Shown here: positions 34,910 to 44,315 of the stretch, piece after piece
Numbering within the stretch: position 1 is the stretch's first letter
Layout: each line of letters opens with the position of its first letter
From: a virus
Taxonomy: Duplodnaviria > Caudoviricetes
Virus record (IMG/VR): IMGVR_UViG_3300005466_000029
Span: 1,628 to 65,627 of that record
DNA length: 64,000 nucleotides
Strand: one strand, 5' to 3'
Notes under the pieces: generated by a model
Database searches by the model: none
What the model was told of the DNA's origin: nothing
Seen by the model: only the letters and a program-made list of their open reading frames with translations
Program-made: the position numbers and the translations under genes

Positions 34910-36991
34910 TCAGACCTCCTGGAGAGCTTCACCGATCATCCGAATCATGTACTCAACTCCGCGTCGCTCATCCAGGGCAGCGTGTTGAAGCCGCCTGCGG
35001 TATTCGACGTCGTGCGCCGCCTTCAGGTCCACCGTGCCTTCGGTGCGGTAGTAGTAGATCGTGACGTTGTGCTCCCGGCTGGCGCGGTGGATGCGGTCCT
35101 CGAGCTGCGTGTTGACGCCAGGGTCGGGGTCTTCATCCATGACGTGCATCTCATCGGCAGCGTCCAGATTGATGCTGATCCCCGCAGCCTTGGTTTGCAC
35201 CAGCATCACGCGCGGCAACGTGGCCCAGTCCGCCGGTCCCATCCGCCGGTTGTTCTGCCAGGCAGCCATGATCTCCAGCCGCACGGTCTCGCTGACGCTG
35301 CCGTCCAGGCGGTAGTACGGCGCCTTGCCTGCCCGCAGCATGATCTCGATGGCGTCCAGGAACTCGTTGAAGCCGCTAGCGATCACTAGCTTGAACCCGG
35401 GCGCCCCGTCAAAGACCCCTCGGGCTTCTAGGTTCTCCCACAACCGATCCAGCTTGCCACTGTCTTGAGTGAACTTGGCCTTACCCTCCTTGCTCTTGGT
35501 GAGTGCACCACACGCCAACTGCCGGCTTCGGGTGCGCAAGGCGAGTACGCCATTGGCTATGATCGGACCGTTTTCTGTTGACACCTCGGCAAAGTCAAAG
35601 AGCTCCTGATGCTGCTTGTACTGCGCGGGATGCATCTCGCACAGCACTTCCGCGTAGGCTTTCGGGGGCAAGCCAGGGAGCTTCTCCTGCTTCGTGCGGC
35701 GCAGCACCCGCGGGCCAAGGTCGTTCAGGAATCTGCTCCACCCCTCCAGCTCATCCGCAGCCGACGCGCCTGGCGCCATCCCTTTCAGCCCAACGATTTC
35801 CTTGACCGTCTTCCCGCGGCTGTTGACGACCTTCTCCTCCACGTCAAACACCTGCGCGGCCCACTTCCAGAAGCTGGTGAACTCATCGGGCCACAGCCAG
35901 TGCAGCGTTCCGAACAGGCCCTGGAGCTTGCCGCCCTTGCCGAACGGCGTGCCCGTGAGGGCGTACCGGCGCCGGTCTTCCCGCTCTGGCAACAGCTTCA
36001 GGCTGCGCGCCATCAGGTTGGCGCTGGCCACGGTCAGGCTGCCGAGGAGCTTGTGAGCTTCGTCCAGCACAACCCAGGCCCAGCCTCCGCCCAGCATCTT
36101 GGCGTCGAACAGGTCCGGATACACGAAGTCGACCGGCACCTTCCATCTCTTGATGGCCGCCTTGCCTGCACCCTCCGGCGGTGGCACCTGCACGTGCCGC
36201 GTGCACTCTCCGGTGCGGAAGCGCCCGGGGCACATCCCGCTGACCTTGTTGTGCGGCACACCTTCCTGGCGAAGACCATCTTCCCCGATCACTTCTCGCA
36301 CGGTGAAGCAGGGGTCCCCCAGCTCCACGCGCAGCATCTCCGCCACAACGACCACGACGCGCAGGCGGTGCGGGTCCTTGGCCATGTGCTTGGCGAAGCG
36401 GCCCAGCATGCGCTCCCGCCTCTCTCGTGTGCCTTGGCACAGGTACACAGGCACCCCGCGCAGGTGTTGCTTCGCCTCGTTGCCCCACACGCTCTTGACG
36501 CTCGAACGGGGGCACACCACCAGCACAGGCCCCCGCACGCCCGCCTCAAGCAGAGCAGCCAGTGTTTCGGGGGTCTTGCCGAGCCCGGGCTCGTCAGCCA
36601 CCAGGCCAGCTCCGCGGTAACCCTGCGCGATCCATTGCGCCCCAACGCGTTGGTAGGCGCGCAGCCAACTGGCGAAGGGCTGCGGCACGCGGGTCAGGGT
36701 GGCGTCTTGCGCACCGCTGAGCTCGGCCCTGCTCGACGCTGCCGCCTTGGCCTCGCGGTACCAGGCAGCCAGCCCGTCATGCACGCGTAGGCGCTCCCCT
36801 AGCGCGGCCCGCAGCTGGTGGCAGGTGTCGATGCTCTGCGGGTAGGTCCACAGCTTGCGCCGGGGGTTGAAGTTCCCGCCCAGCACCTTCTTGCACGCAG
36901 CCAACATGAAGTCGAAGTCGTTGACGTCGCGTGTCGACACGGTCCGCACCGCAATGTGGTCCCGGAAGAGGAACGCCTCCGCGTAGCCCAT
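34910..36991 (-). CDS. SNF2-family DNA helicase
   Basis: ADEPGLGKT, LDEAH, LTGTP, LRRTK, GISINL, QLEDRIHR. Confidence 0.93.
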   Translation of the reverse strand: MGYAEAFLFRDHIAVRTVSTRDVNDFDFMLAACKKVLGGNFNPRRKLWTYPQSIDTCHQLRAALGERLRVHDGLAAWYREAKAAASSRAELSGAQDATLTRVPQPFASWLRAYQRVGAQWIAQGYRGAGLVADEPGLGKTPETLAALLEAGVRGPVLVVCPRSSVKSVWGNEAKQHLRGVPVYLCQGTRERRERMLGRFAKHMAKDPHRLRVVVVVAEMLRVELGDPCFTVREVIGEDGLRQEGVPHNKVSGMCPGRFRTGECTRHVQVPPPEGAGKAAIKRWKVPVDFVYPDLFDAKMLGGGWAWVVLDEAHKLLGSLTVASANLMARSLKLLPEREDRRRYALTGTPFGKGGKLQGLFGTLHWLWPDEFTSFWKWAAQVFDVEEKVVNSRGKTVKEIVGLKGMAPGASAADELEGWSRFLNDLGPRVLRRTKQEKLPGLPPKAYAEVLCEMHPAQYKQHQELFDFAEVSTENGPIIANGVLALRTRSRQLACGALTKSKEGKAKFTQDSGKLDRLWENLEARGVFDGAPGFKLVIASGFNEFLDAIEIMLRAGKAPYYRLDGSVSETVRLEIMAAWQNNRRMGPADWATLPRVMLVQTKAAGISINLDAADEMHVMDEDPDPGVNTQLEDRIHRASREHNVTIYYYRTEGTVDLKAAHDVEYRRRLQHAALDERRGVEYMIRMIGEALQEV

Positions 36992-36994
36992 GCC

Positions 36995-37957
36995 CTACGC
37001 ACCAACCCTGGTGATGCGATCCACGTACACCGCGCGCAGCGGGCCAGACTTCGTGATGGCCTTGCGGGGGTCCACCATCAGCATGGCAGGGTCGAGCTGC
37101 TCGAAGAACTCGATGTACGGCCCCTGCGGGCCAAGGCGGTACTTCACCAGCCGGGGGTCATCGTGCACAAAGGCCTCCTGCGCGCTGGTGATCAGGCCGT
37201 GCTTGTTCTCCAACCGCACGACCCAGTGGATCATCTGTCCGGTGACCTTCTTGATCACCTCGTCCCCCGTGGCCTCCGCCGGGAAGTACGGGCGCCCCTC
37301 GTTGGCCATGGCCCGCACCTCGCGAGTGAGCTTGGACTCGCGCTGCCCGCGCTCACCCAGGTAGGTCTTGCCCCAGGCGGCCCGCCACAACCGCCGCGCG
37401 AAGGCGCCACCCTTGCGCCCCTGCTTGTTGCTGGGGCCCGACTCGGGGAGGCCGAGCTCGTAGGCCACGCGCCACCAGCTCTCGCCCTTGGCGCGCAGCT
37501 TGCGCACCTCCACGGCCAGGTCGTAGACGTAGTCGTCGGTGCAACTTGGCTGCCGCTCGGCACTCCACTCGTCGCCCTCGCCGATGTTGTCCTCCCCGCG
37601 GGCCGTGATCAGCTTCTCGATGACGTCCTCCACGGCTGCCTGCAACCGCACCCGCGCGGCTTCCTGGCTGGCCCTGGCCGCTGCGTGCACGGGCTGCGAG
37701 GAGGCGGGCGGGGTCGATGTCTCCTCCTGCGCCTCGTAACCGGTGCAGGCGCACAGGAACACGTCCTCCATGGTCATGTCGTCGAGCGCGTCGACGCTGT
37801 CCAGAACCTCATCGTCCTCGAGGTCTAGGTCGATCTTGCACAGCCGCTTGTTGGCCCCGGGCAGTGCTGCCGCTGCCTTTATCTCCTTGCAACCTGGCTT
37901 GTGAACTTCCCACGCTTCCTGAGGGAAGGTGACCAGGGTGTAACGCTTCTCTGCCAT
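36995..37957 (-). CDS. hypothetical protein with HTH-like segment
   Basis: 320 aa; LRAKGESWWRVAYELGL. Confidence 0.7.
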   Translation of the reverse strand: MAEKRYTLVTFPQEAWEVHKPGCKEIKAAAALPGANKRLCKIDLDLEDDEVLDSVDALDDMTMEDVFLCACTGYEAQEETSTPPASSQPVHAAARASQEAARVRLQAAVEDVIEKLITARGEDNIGEGDEWSAERQPSCTDDYVYDLAVEVRKLRAKGESWWRVAYELGLPESGPSNKQGRKGGAFARRLWRAAWGKTYLGERGQRESKLTREVRAMANEGRPYFPAEATGDEVIKKVTGQMIHWVVRLENKHGLITSAQEAFVHDDPRLVKYRLGPQGPYIEFFEQLDPAMLMVDPRKAITKSGPLRAVYVDRITRVGA

Positions 37958-37985
37958 TGCTGCCTACTCTCTGCTGCTGCCTTGC

Positions 37986-38303
37986 CTAGCGGTTGGTCAT
38001 CAGGGGGTCCATGGGCTCGCCTGCCTGGCGCTGCTTGTACCGCTTCACGGCCAGCTCGCGCACTGCCGGCACGCTGACGTCGTATGGGTTGGTGAGCACG
38101 GCCAACGCGTAGGCCAGCCCCTGCGCCTGCCCGCGCAGCTCCCCGTACACTCGCCACTCGTCGGGGGCCCCGGACTCCTGCCCGTCGTCCTCGCGCTCCC
38201 AGGTGTCGGGCTGCTCTGCGCTCATGATGTCTTCGAGGACCGCGTCCATCTCCTCCCAGATGATCTCGAAGATGCTCTTGCCCGCAAACTGCTGCTCGTT
38301 CAC
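37986..38303 (-). CDS. hypothetical protein
   Basis: GTG at 38303, GTGA overlap. Confidence 0.65.
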   Translation of the reverse strand: MNEQQFAGKSIFEIIWEEMDAVLEDIMSAEQPDTWEREDDGQESGAPDEWRVYGELRGQAQGLAYALAVLTNPYDVSVPAVRELAVKRYKQRQAGEPMDPLMTNR

Positions 38304-38506
38304 AGTCCTCGCCCGTCCATTTCTTGTGCGGCCAGCTCGTACTTCATCTGCATGTCGTCCGGGTTCTCGCGGGGGTCGTCGGCTGGCGCCCAGTTGCGGA
38401 TGTAGTGCCAGTAGTGGATCAGCTCCTGGTCGCTCTTGTCTTGCAGCCATGCGAACCAGGCGGCTTCGCTCGCGGGGTCCTCGTAGCTGAAAACTGGCTC
38501 GGTCAT
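38300..38506 (-). CDS. hypothetical protein
   Basis: 68 aa, AGGCAGCA leader. Confidence 0.65.
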   Translation of the reverse strand: MTEPVFSYEDPASEAAWFAWLQDKSDQELIHYWHYIRNWAPADDPRENPDDMQMKYELAAQEMDGRGL

Positions 38507-38620
38507 TGCTGCCTCTCAGATGCGCTGTGCGTCGAAGGGGTGCTGCGGTGGGTGAAGCGTACCCGCTGGCGCCTGCGGTGGCCTAGCGGCCCAGCCAGCG
38601 GCCAGCAAGCCAGCCTCAGA

Positions 38621-38657
38621 CCGACCCCGGGCGGCACAGTGGCTACCCGGGGTCCGG
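38621..38657 (-). terminator. GC-rich hairpin after the DUF6011-like gene
   Basis: GACCCCGGG...CCCGGGGTC inverted repeat. Confidence 0.5.
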
Positions 38658-38663
38658 CGAGGG

Positions 38664-39347
38664 CTAGGCCCACTTGGCGCACTCGGGACCGATGCCCTGC
38701 GCGCGGCTCTCCTCGTGGGTGAGCGTGCGGCCACAGCGGCAGCAGCTGCCGAGCTCATCCGCGTACAGCCTGCCCGCAGCCTCCGGGTCGAGCAGCACTG
38801 CGGCCAGGTACAGCTCGAGCGTGCGCGGCGCCTTGACCGAGTGGTAGTCGTCGCTGGCCTGGCTGTCGACGAAGACCTTGCCCGCCCACTTGCCGGACAG
38901 CATCTCCTTGATCCGCAGGAACTTGATCGTCTCGGTGGCCAGGCCACCCGCGTCGTCAACCTTGATCGCGAAGTAGCCCACTCGCTGGTGCCCACCCTGC
39001 TTGGTCTCGCGGTGCAGGTGCGCCTTGATCTCGTTGCGCAGGTTGTTGACCTTCTCCCAGTCCCTACTGACCGCAGCCGGGCGCTGGGTGGGCACCAGCG
39101 GCAGGTAAGCCGCGTCGTGTGGGTCCAGGTCGGGGATGGCGTTCATGCCGCCCGGCTGGTTGGTCCCCATGCGCCGGGCTGGCGCCGGGCGGTCGCCCCG
39201 CAGGATCGTGTTGACGCGCTGGCGCTCCGCCTGCACCCGCTGGTCGAGGTTGGACTGGCTGGACGCCTGGCCCGCTGCCATGCCGTAGCAGGCGCGGACG
39301 TGCGCGACGTTGACGCCGGGGGTGTGGCACTTGCCGCAGGTTGCCAT
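38664..39347 (-). CDS. DUF6011-like zinc-ribbon protein
   Basis: C-terminal CCRCGRTLTHEESRAQGIGPECA. Confidence 0.8.
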   Translation of the reverse strand: MATCGKCHTPGVNVAHVRACYGMAAGQASSQSNLDQRVQAERQRVNTILRGDRPAPARRMGTNQPGGMNAIPDLDPHDAAYLPLVPTQRPAAVSRDWEKVNNLRNEIKAHLHRETKQGGHQRVGYFAIKVDDAGGLATETIKFLRIKEMLSGKWAGKVFVDSQASDDYHSVKAPRTLELYLAAVLLDPEAAGRLYADELGSCCRCGRTLTHEESRAQGIGPECAKWA

Positions 39348-39370
39348 GATTGCTGCCTTTCTCGTTGCTG

Positions 39371-39411
39371 CCTACGTGAAGGGTATCGCACCGTGGCAAG
39401 GAGGCGTTACG
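39371..39411 (-). promoter_or_regulatory. repeated early promoter, copy 1
   Basis: CGTAACG-N17-GATACCCTTCACGTAGG. Confidence 0.7.
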
Positions 39412-39428
39412 AAGTGGAGCAGAAATTC

Positions 39429-39788
39429 TCAGTGCACCCGCACCAAGTGCGCGAAGTCGAACAGGGCCGTGGTGTAGCTGCGGTCGTAGCAGCGCTGCCA
39501 GGCAGCGTCCCAGTCGGCCACCGCAGTGCTCCCGCGGTTGGCCTCGTACCAGGCGGTGTAGCCAGCCACGTCGCCCGGGATCTCACGGGCGGTGCGCTCG
39601 TCCTGCACGCAACCGTACATGGCGGTCTGCTGCGACTGAGGGAACACGTACAGCTGGTCGCCACCCAGGGTGGTGGCGGCTGCAGGAGCAGGGTCAGGGA
39701 GGCTGCCCACGGTCACGGCGGCAACGCCGTAGCTGGCGAACACGCCGGTGATCAGAATGGCGACGAAGCGGGCCCACATGCGGGTCAT
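39429..39788 (-). CDS. secreted or membrane-anchored protein
   Basis: MTRMWARFVAILITGVFA... signal-like N-terminus, AAGGAG RBS. Confidence 0.65.
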   Translation of the reverse strand: MTRMWARFVAILITGVFASYGVAAVTVGSLPDPAPAAATTLGGDQLYVFPQSQQTAMYGCVQDERTAREIPGDVAGYTAWYEANRGSTAVADWDAAWQRCYDRSYTTALFDFAHLVRVH

Positions 39789-39855
39789 GACTTTCTCCTT
39801 GAGGTCATCATCAGGCGGGTCACTTTTCCCGCGACGCCCCGTAGGGCGTTTCGAC

Positions 39856-40041
39856 CTAGCGGTTGGCTGCGCGGAGGCGCAGGGAGCTGACAGCCACGGA
39901 CCGAGTGGTTGCGTAGTTGCGGTCGCCGTTGATGGCCGAGAGCCAGTACCAGTTCTTGGCGGAGATCCTCTCGATGATCCCCAGGTTGATGCCATTCTCG
40001 ATGATGGTGATCTGGCCGGTGGCGGTGGTGGAGTTCGACAT
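39856..40041 (-). CDS. hypothetical protein
   Basis: MSNSTTA..., GGGGAG RBS. Confidence 0.6.
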   Translation of the reverse strand: MSNSTTATGQITIIENGINLGIIERISAKNWYWLSAINGDRNYATTRSVAVSSLRLRAANR

Positions 40042-40143
40042 TGTGGGCTCCCCTAGCTGGTTGCTGCCTTGCTGACATGAGAACTCTAACACGGGTTCCT
40101 CGAAATGCACCCGTAGTCTTCCAGAAATTCTCTTCTCGGCTGG

Positions 40144-40338
40144 TCAGATGGTGTACGAGCTGGGGCACAGGGTGTAGCTGTCCGGGGTCAGGTTGGCGAG
40201 CAGGTCGTCGTAGTCACCGGTGTAGCTGGGCAGGTAGGCGCCGTCGCTGTCGATGAGGTTCCAGACGCCTTGGCCGGACGGGGCGGGGTACTGGCCGTTG
40301 TTGGTGTAGTCCTGGATGTTGATCGTGGTGCTGGCCAT
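40144..40338 (-). CDS. hypothetical protein
   Basis: 64 aa, AGGAGG RBS. Confidence 0.65.
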   Translation of the reverse strand: MASTTINIQDYTNNGQYPAPSGQGVWNLIDSDGAYLPSYTGDYDDLLANLTPDSYTLCPSSYTI

Positions 40339-40370
40339 GACTGCCTCCTGGTGCTTGGTGCTGCTTGCTG

Positions 40371-40412
40371 CCTACATGAACTGTATCGGAGGATCTCGAC
40401 CAAGCGTTAACG
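40371..40412 (-). promoter_or_regulatory. repeated early promoter, copy 2
   Basis: CGTTAACG-N17-GATACAGTTCATGTAGG. Confidence 0.7.
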
Positions 40413-40451
40413 CCTGGCCGAGATTTCCTCGAATTTTCTCGTTTCCCCTGG

Positions 40452-41117
40452 TCAGTGCTCGAACTTCGTGTCGGCCAGGCGGTGCAGCGTGCGCCGCGTG
40501 GGGTGTCCCTCGTGCTGGACCACCAGGCAGACGCGCCCCGCCCCGCTGCGGTCCGGCGTGCGCAGCACCGTGTCGACGACCTTGCCGCGCACCAGCCGCC
40601 CCGCGCACTGCACCAGCGCCACCATGTGGTCATACGCGACCGAAGCCAGGCTCTTGGCGGCTGCCTGCTGGCCCTGGTCCGGGGTGGTACCGGCCAGCTC
40701 GCGGGCAACGCGGATGTCGATCTCGGCCGCGAACTGGGGCTCGACCTCTTCCTCCTGCCGCGCAACGGCGGTCGGGCTGCCCGGCATCGGCTGGTCAGCC
40801 AGCTCGGCCTCGCGCTGCTGGCTGTACGCGATGGTGCCCGGCGTGTCAGCCGTGGTCGGCCCATGCACCAGACCGCGGGGCTCGACCCGCTCGGCCAGCT
40901 CCTGCGCGGCGGTGTCCCACTCGGCCACCATGGCGGCCAGCTCGGCCTTGCGCAGCTTGCGCGCCTTGGACGGCCCTCGGTCCAGGTCCGCCACCTCGAC
41001 CAGAACCCGGGCCAGCAGAGCCGGGACGGTGAGGGCCAGTGTGCTGGCGTACACGTCCGGGTGGTACTCGTAGATGCCGAAGCCGGGGACCTCGTGTGCG
41101 GTGCGGGTGTTGTCCAT
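40452..41117 (-). CDS. hypothetical protein
   Basis: MDNTRTA..., AAGGAG RBS. Confidence 0.65.
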   Translation of the reverse strand: MDNTRTAHEVPGFGIYEYHPDVYASTLALTVPALLARVLVEVADLDRGPSKARKLRKAELAAMVAEWDTAAQELAERVEPRGLVHGPTTADTPGTIAYSQQREAELADQPMPGSPTAVARQEEEVEPQFAAEIDIRVARELAGTTPDQGQQAAAKSLASVAYDHMVALVQCAGRLVRGKVVDTVLRTPDRSGAGRVCLVVQHEGHPTRRTLHRLADTKFEH

Positions 41118-41141
41118 TGTGTGCTCCTTGCTGGGTTGCTG

Positions 41142-41183
41142 CCTTGCGTGAAGTGTATCGGACAGGCTCGAGGTGTCGTTACG
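41142..41183 (-). promoter_or_regulatory. repeated early promoter, copy 3
   Basis: CGTAACG-N17-GATACACTTCACGCAAGG. Confidence 0.7.
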
Positions 41184-41220
41184 GGCCCCGGGAGATTTCT
41201 CGCCAGGGCCCGATCGCCGC

Positions 41221-41694
41221 TCAGACGGCCTGTAGCTTGCGCCGGGGCGCCGCCTTGGCCTTGCGGGTGGCCGCACCCTTGCGGGCCGCAGCGGACCGCT
41301 TGGCGGCCAGTGCGCGCGCCTGGTCGACCGAAGCCGACTCCAGGTTGCTGGCCAGGTGTTCGCTGGCGAGCCACAGCCCGACCAGGCTGGCCCCGAACAC
41401 CGCACCGCCCAGGTTGTGCGCGGCATACACGTTGGCCGCCATGCTGACGACGCCCATGCCTGCTTGCACCCGCAGCCCCAGGGCTCGCGTGGCCTGGCTG
41501 AAGTCCTTGCCGCGCATGACCAGGCCGATGATCGCCAGGCCATCGATCATGAACGGGGAGGACCACGCCTCCCAGCCGACAAGCCCCGCCTTGTGCGCAG
41601 CCGTGATGGTGTGGGCGAAGCTGCCCGCGAGGGCGGCCACGAAGTAGATCTTGACGATGGACTTGGCGAGCTGGGGCTTGCTGACCTTGCGCAT
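41221..41694 (-). CDS. four-TM membrane protein (DUF2637-like) with basic tail
   Basis: SFAH...PFMIDG...SMAANV pattern. Confidence 0.65.
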   Translation of the reverse strand: MRKVSKPQLAKSIVKIYFVAALAGSFAHTITAAHKAGLVGWEAWSSPFMIDGLAIIGLVMRGKDFSQATRALGLRVQAGMGVVSMAANVYAAHNLGGAVFGASLVGLWLASEHLASNLESASVDQARALAAKRSAAARKGAATRKAKAAPRRKLQAV

Positions 41695-41831
41695 CTGCTG
41701 CCTGCCTTCCTCGAACTGCCTGACCCCTGAACCCTCTCACGCGGATGCGTTGGGGCACAAGGACTTCGAGGAGAGTTTCTCCAGAACCCCTTGCGCCGCA
41801 ACGGTTCCCCGCGGCTGGCCCCGGGCAGTCG

Positions 41832-41854
41832 AAAGCCCCCGCCGGAGCGGGGGC
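41832..41854 (-). terminator. intrinsic terminator
   Basis: GCCCCCGC-TCCG-GCGGGGGC-TTT on the minus strand. Confidence 0.8.
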
Positions 41855-41859
41855 CTGGA

Positions 41860-42057
41860 CTAGCTGGCTGCGTGGGCGGCTAGCTGGGGACCGTACTTGC
41901 TGCGGAACCAGGTGGCCAGTGGCTCGGCGTACTGGGCCTCGCTAGCGACGGTGAGGTACCGCTCGTAGCGCCAGTTGAAGTGGTCGATGGCGCCCTGGAC
42001 GCAACCCATGCTCATGAGCTGGTCGATGCAACCCTGGTCGTTCTGGAGCTCAGTCAT
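41860..42057 (-). CDS. hypothetical protein
   Basis: MTELQND..., AAAGGCAGC leader. Confidence 0.6.
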   Translation of the reverse strand: MTELQNDQGCIDQLMSMGCVQGAIDHFNWRYERYLTVASEAQYAEPLATWFRSKYGPQLAAHAAS

Positions 42058-42204
42058 GATGCTGCCTTTCGCTCTGGAGTTGTGCTTGCTGCCTGTGAGA
42101 GAATCCTCCCATCCGGAGGAGGCTGCGCGCAAGGGCCCGGGCGGGAAAAGTCTCAGGCCCGCCCCACCACCAGGTGAGACGGACCGAGAATTCCTGCGGG
42201 GTGA

Positions 42205-42996
42205 TCAGTGGCTGCGCGGCTTGCGCACGATGTGGATCTCCCTGTTGGCAACCTGCGCCTGGGTGGCCGGAGCGACCGTGGTCTCGCTACCCAGCGTGGC
42301 CGCGAAGTTGATGTTGGCCGCGTCCCGGGCGTCCGCCAGGGCGGCAGCGCGCTCCTCGTCGGTGGGCTGCGGGGTGCTGGTGAACAGCGCCCGGTTGCGG
42401 GCCAGCGCTGCCTTGCGCTCCTGCGCGGCCCGGATGGAGGCCTCCAGGTCCGACTCGAGCTCCTCCGCCGTGGTGCCCTCCGCCTCGCACTGCGCACCCG
42501 CCACGGCACGCCGCTCGTCCTCGAGAGGGCACCCCGGGGTGTGCCAGCTGTTGCCCAGCGCCTCCGCCGCGCAGGTGCACTTCGGGGCCGACGGGTCGCC
42601 GTTGGGGTGGCACACCTGGCAGTAGCCCTCGTAGCTGTGGTCGCACATGGCCGGGGCTGCCTGGTCCGCCTCGTACGAGGTCCAGATGCCGTTCCACTCG
42701 CCAGCCTCGATCTCCTCCGTGAGCTCCAGACTCTCGAGGAAACGGCGCACGGTCGGAGTGCTGATGTGCAGCTCGCGGGCCACGGCCTGCACGCTGGCCC
42801 CGTCCATCTCGACGCGGTCGGAGATCCACTCGGCCGCCTCGCGGTCGGTGCTGCCCAGCGGGTACAGGCTCAGGCGCCGCATGGTGCCGTTGTCCCGCAG
42901 CCGGTAGGCGCGGAGCTCCCCCGCGGCCAGCATGGCGGCGACATCAACGCGGAGCGGAGTGGTGGCGGTGGCTGGCTCGAGAACGTACGTGGTCAT
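42205..42996 (-). CDS. HTH DNA-binding protein with Cys/His cluster
   Basis: SVQAVARELHISTPTVRRFL; C..H...CQVCH...CTC...H..C. Confidence 0.7.
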   Translation of the reverse strand: MTTYVLEPATATTPLRVDVAAMLAAGELRAYRLRDNGTMRRLSLYPLGSTDREAAEWISDRVEMDGASVQAVARELHISTPTVRRFLESLELTEEIEAGEWNGIWTSYEADQAAPAMCDHSYEGYCQVCHPNGDPSAPKCTCAAEALGNSWHTPGCPLEDERRAVAGAQCEAEGTTAEELESDLEASIRAAQERKAALARNRALFTSTPQPTDEERAAALADARDAANINFAATLGSETTVAPATQAQVANREIHIVRKPRSH

Positions 42997-43042
42997 GGTT
43001 GCTGCCTTCCCCTGGTGGAGCCGCCCTGCCTGGCCGCTCCTT

Positions 43043-43083
43043 CCTACATGAACAGTATCAGAACCCCGCACGCGAACGTTACG
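43043..43083 (-). promoter_or_regulatory. repeated early promoter, copy 4
   Basis: CGTAACG-N17-GATACTGTTCATGTAGG. Confidence 0.7.
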
Positions 43084-43124
43084 GGGTCCCGAGAAGAATC
43101 ATGAAGTTTTTCTGTTTCCCCAGG

Positions 43125-43424
43125 TCACCCGGGGTTGCCCGCTTCGTCCGACTCGTCGAAGAACCCCGCGTACGGTGGCTGCGGGGCGGGGTCAGGGGTG
43201 CGCCCGTACGCGTACCAAGCCTGCGCGGTAGTGCCGTCCTTAACCGGCCTGCGCCGCGCCCGGGCCTGCATCCTGGCCACCTCCCCGGCGCCGTGCAGCA
43301 GCGCACCTAGCAGGCCGGCAGCGGCCAGCAGTAGGCCCCACACGATCCCGAAGAGCAGGCCGGTCAGTGGGGCTAGCAGGAAGACAGTGACGGCGGCAGC
43401 GCGGTCCTGTGTGGTGAACTCCAT
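43125..43424 (-). CDS. membrane protein
   Basis: MEFTTQD..., long hydrophobic segment, AAGGAG RBS. Confidence 0.65.
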   Translation of the reverse strand: MEFTTQDRAAAVTVFLLAPLTGLLFGIVWGLLLAAAGLLGALLHGAGEVARMQARARRRPVKDGTTAQAWYAYGRTPDPAPQPPYAGFFDESDEAGNPG

Positions 43425-43529
43425 CTTTTCTCCTTGTTGGTTGAGAAGGGTCCCCCAGGGCCTCGTTACCGCTGTGGCGGTTGCACAGCTGCCGCCCATC
43501 CCGAAGACAGGCGGCAGCCGCGCCCTACC

Positions 43530-43814
43530 TCAGTCCTCCTTGCATTCCGGCCAGTACGCTTGCGGCACGCACTTCGGCCACTCGTTGACCTCCATCAGGC
43601 TGCGCGTGACCGCGTTGTCCGGCTTGCCGCCGTCGCAGTCGATCTTCAGGAAGGCGGTGTAGCCGTTCTGGTTCACCTGCCTGTCGACCACGATGCATTG
43701 CTGGCCGCCCTGGTCCGGGTCGTCCACGTTCCGCGGCTTCTCCTCCGGGAACAGGCCACAGCCCGCCAGCCCCAGACCCAGCACCGCCACGAGAGAGATC
43801 TTCAGTGCTCGCAT
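43530..43814 (-). CDS. lipoprotein
   Basis: signal peptide with LAGC lipobox. Confidence 0.75.
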   Translation of the reverse strand: MRALKISLVAVLGLGLAGCGLFPEEKPRNVDDPDQGGQQCIVVDRQVNQNGYTAFLKIDCDGGKPDNAVTRSLMEVNEWPKCVPQAYWPECKED

Positions 43815-43957
43815 GTCAACCCCGTCGTCTGATCCACAGTGCAGCTCTTCGGTGGCTCGATCTTGCAGCCGTGCAGCCAGCTGTAGGCCAGCCCGATCAC
43901 GATGCAGGCCATGAGCACCATGAACATGAACTTGGCCCCGTCCATCATCCGCTTCAC
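43802..43957 (-). CDS. small membrane protein
   Basis: GTGA overlap, one TM helix. Confidence 0.5.
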   Translation of the reverse strand: MKRMMDGAKFMFMVLMACIVIGLAYSWLHGCKIEPPKSCTVDQTTGLTCEH

Positions 43958-44253
43958 AGTGGCACCACCATGTGCTGTGCCTCGCGGTCGCACTTGCCTG
44001 CCGAGTCGAGGGGCCGGTTGCACATGGTATCGTCGCGCAGCGCCTCGCAGTACTGCACGCTCATGGTGGCCCGGGACCGTTGCCCCAACTGCCCCAACAC
44101 CTCGTCGTGCATGATCTGCACGGCCACTGCCAGTTGTGTCGGGCTGCTGCGCTCCATCTCCCGGCCCAGCCCACTGGCCGCCTGTTCGAGCTGCTCGTCG
44201 GTGGCCCCTGCGACCAGCTGCCGCCACCATTCGAATTCGAATTTGCCTGCCAC
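43954..44253 (-). CDS. hypothetical protein
   Basis: 99 aa, GAAAGG RBS. Confidence 0.6.
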   Translation of the reverse strand: MAGKFEFEWWRQLVAGATDEQLEQAASGLGREMERSSPTQLAVAVQIMHDEVLGQLGQRSRATMSVQYCEALRDDTMCNRPLDSAGKCDREAQHMVVPL

Positions 44254-44280
44254 TTCGCTACCTTTCTCCTCGTGCCCTGC

Positions 44281-44315
44281 ACGAAGCCTATCGCGCTGTG
44301 CGCGGTGTCGTTACG
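44281..44315 (-). promoter_or_regulatory. repeated early promoter, copy 5
   Basis: CGTAACG-N16-GATAGGCTTCGTG; the TAA is also the upstream gene's stop codon. Confidence 0.55.

Noticed and set aside
40214-41758. 514-aa minus-strand ORF
   Set aside because: Alternative-frame ORF crossing three better-supported genes and their promoters
39371-44315. Recurring intergenic motifs as a CRISPR or mini-array
   Set aside because: Copies are about 0.8-1.9 kb apart, separated by genes, and have bipartite promoter geometry
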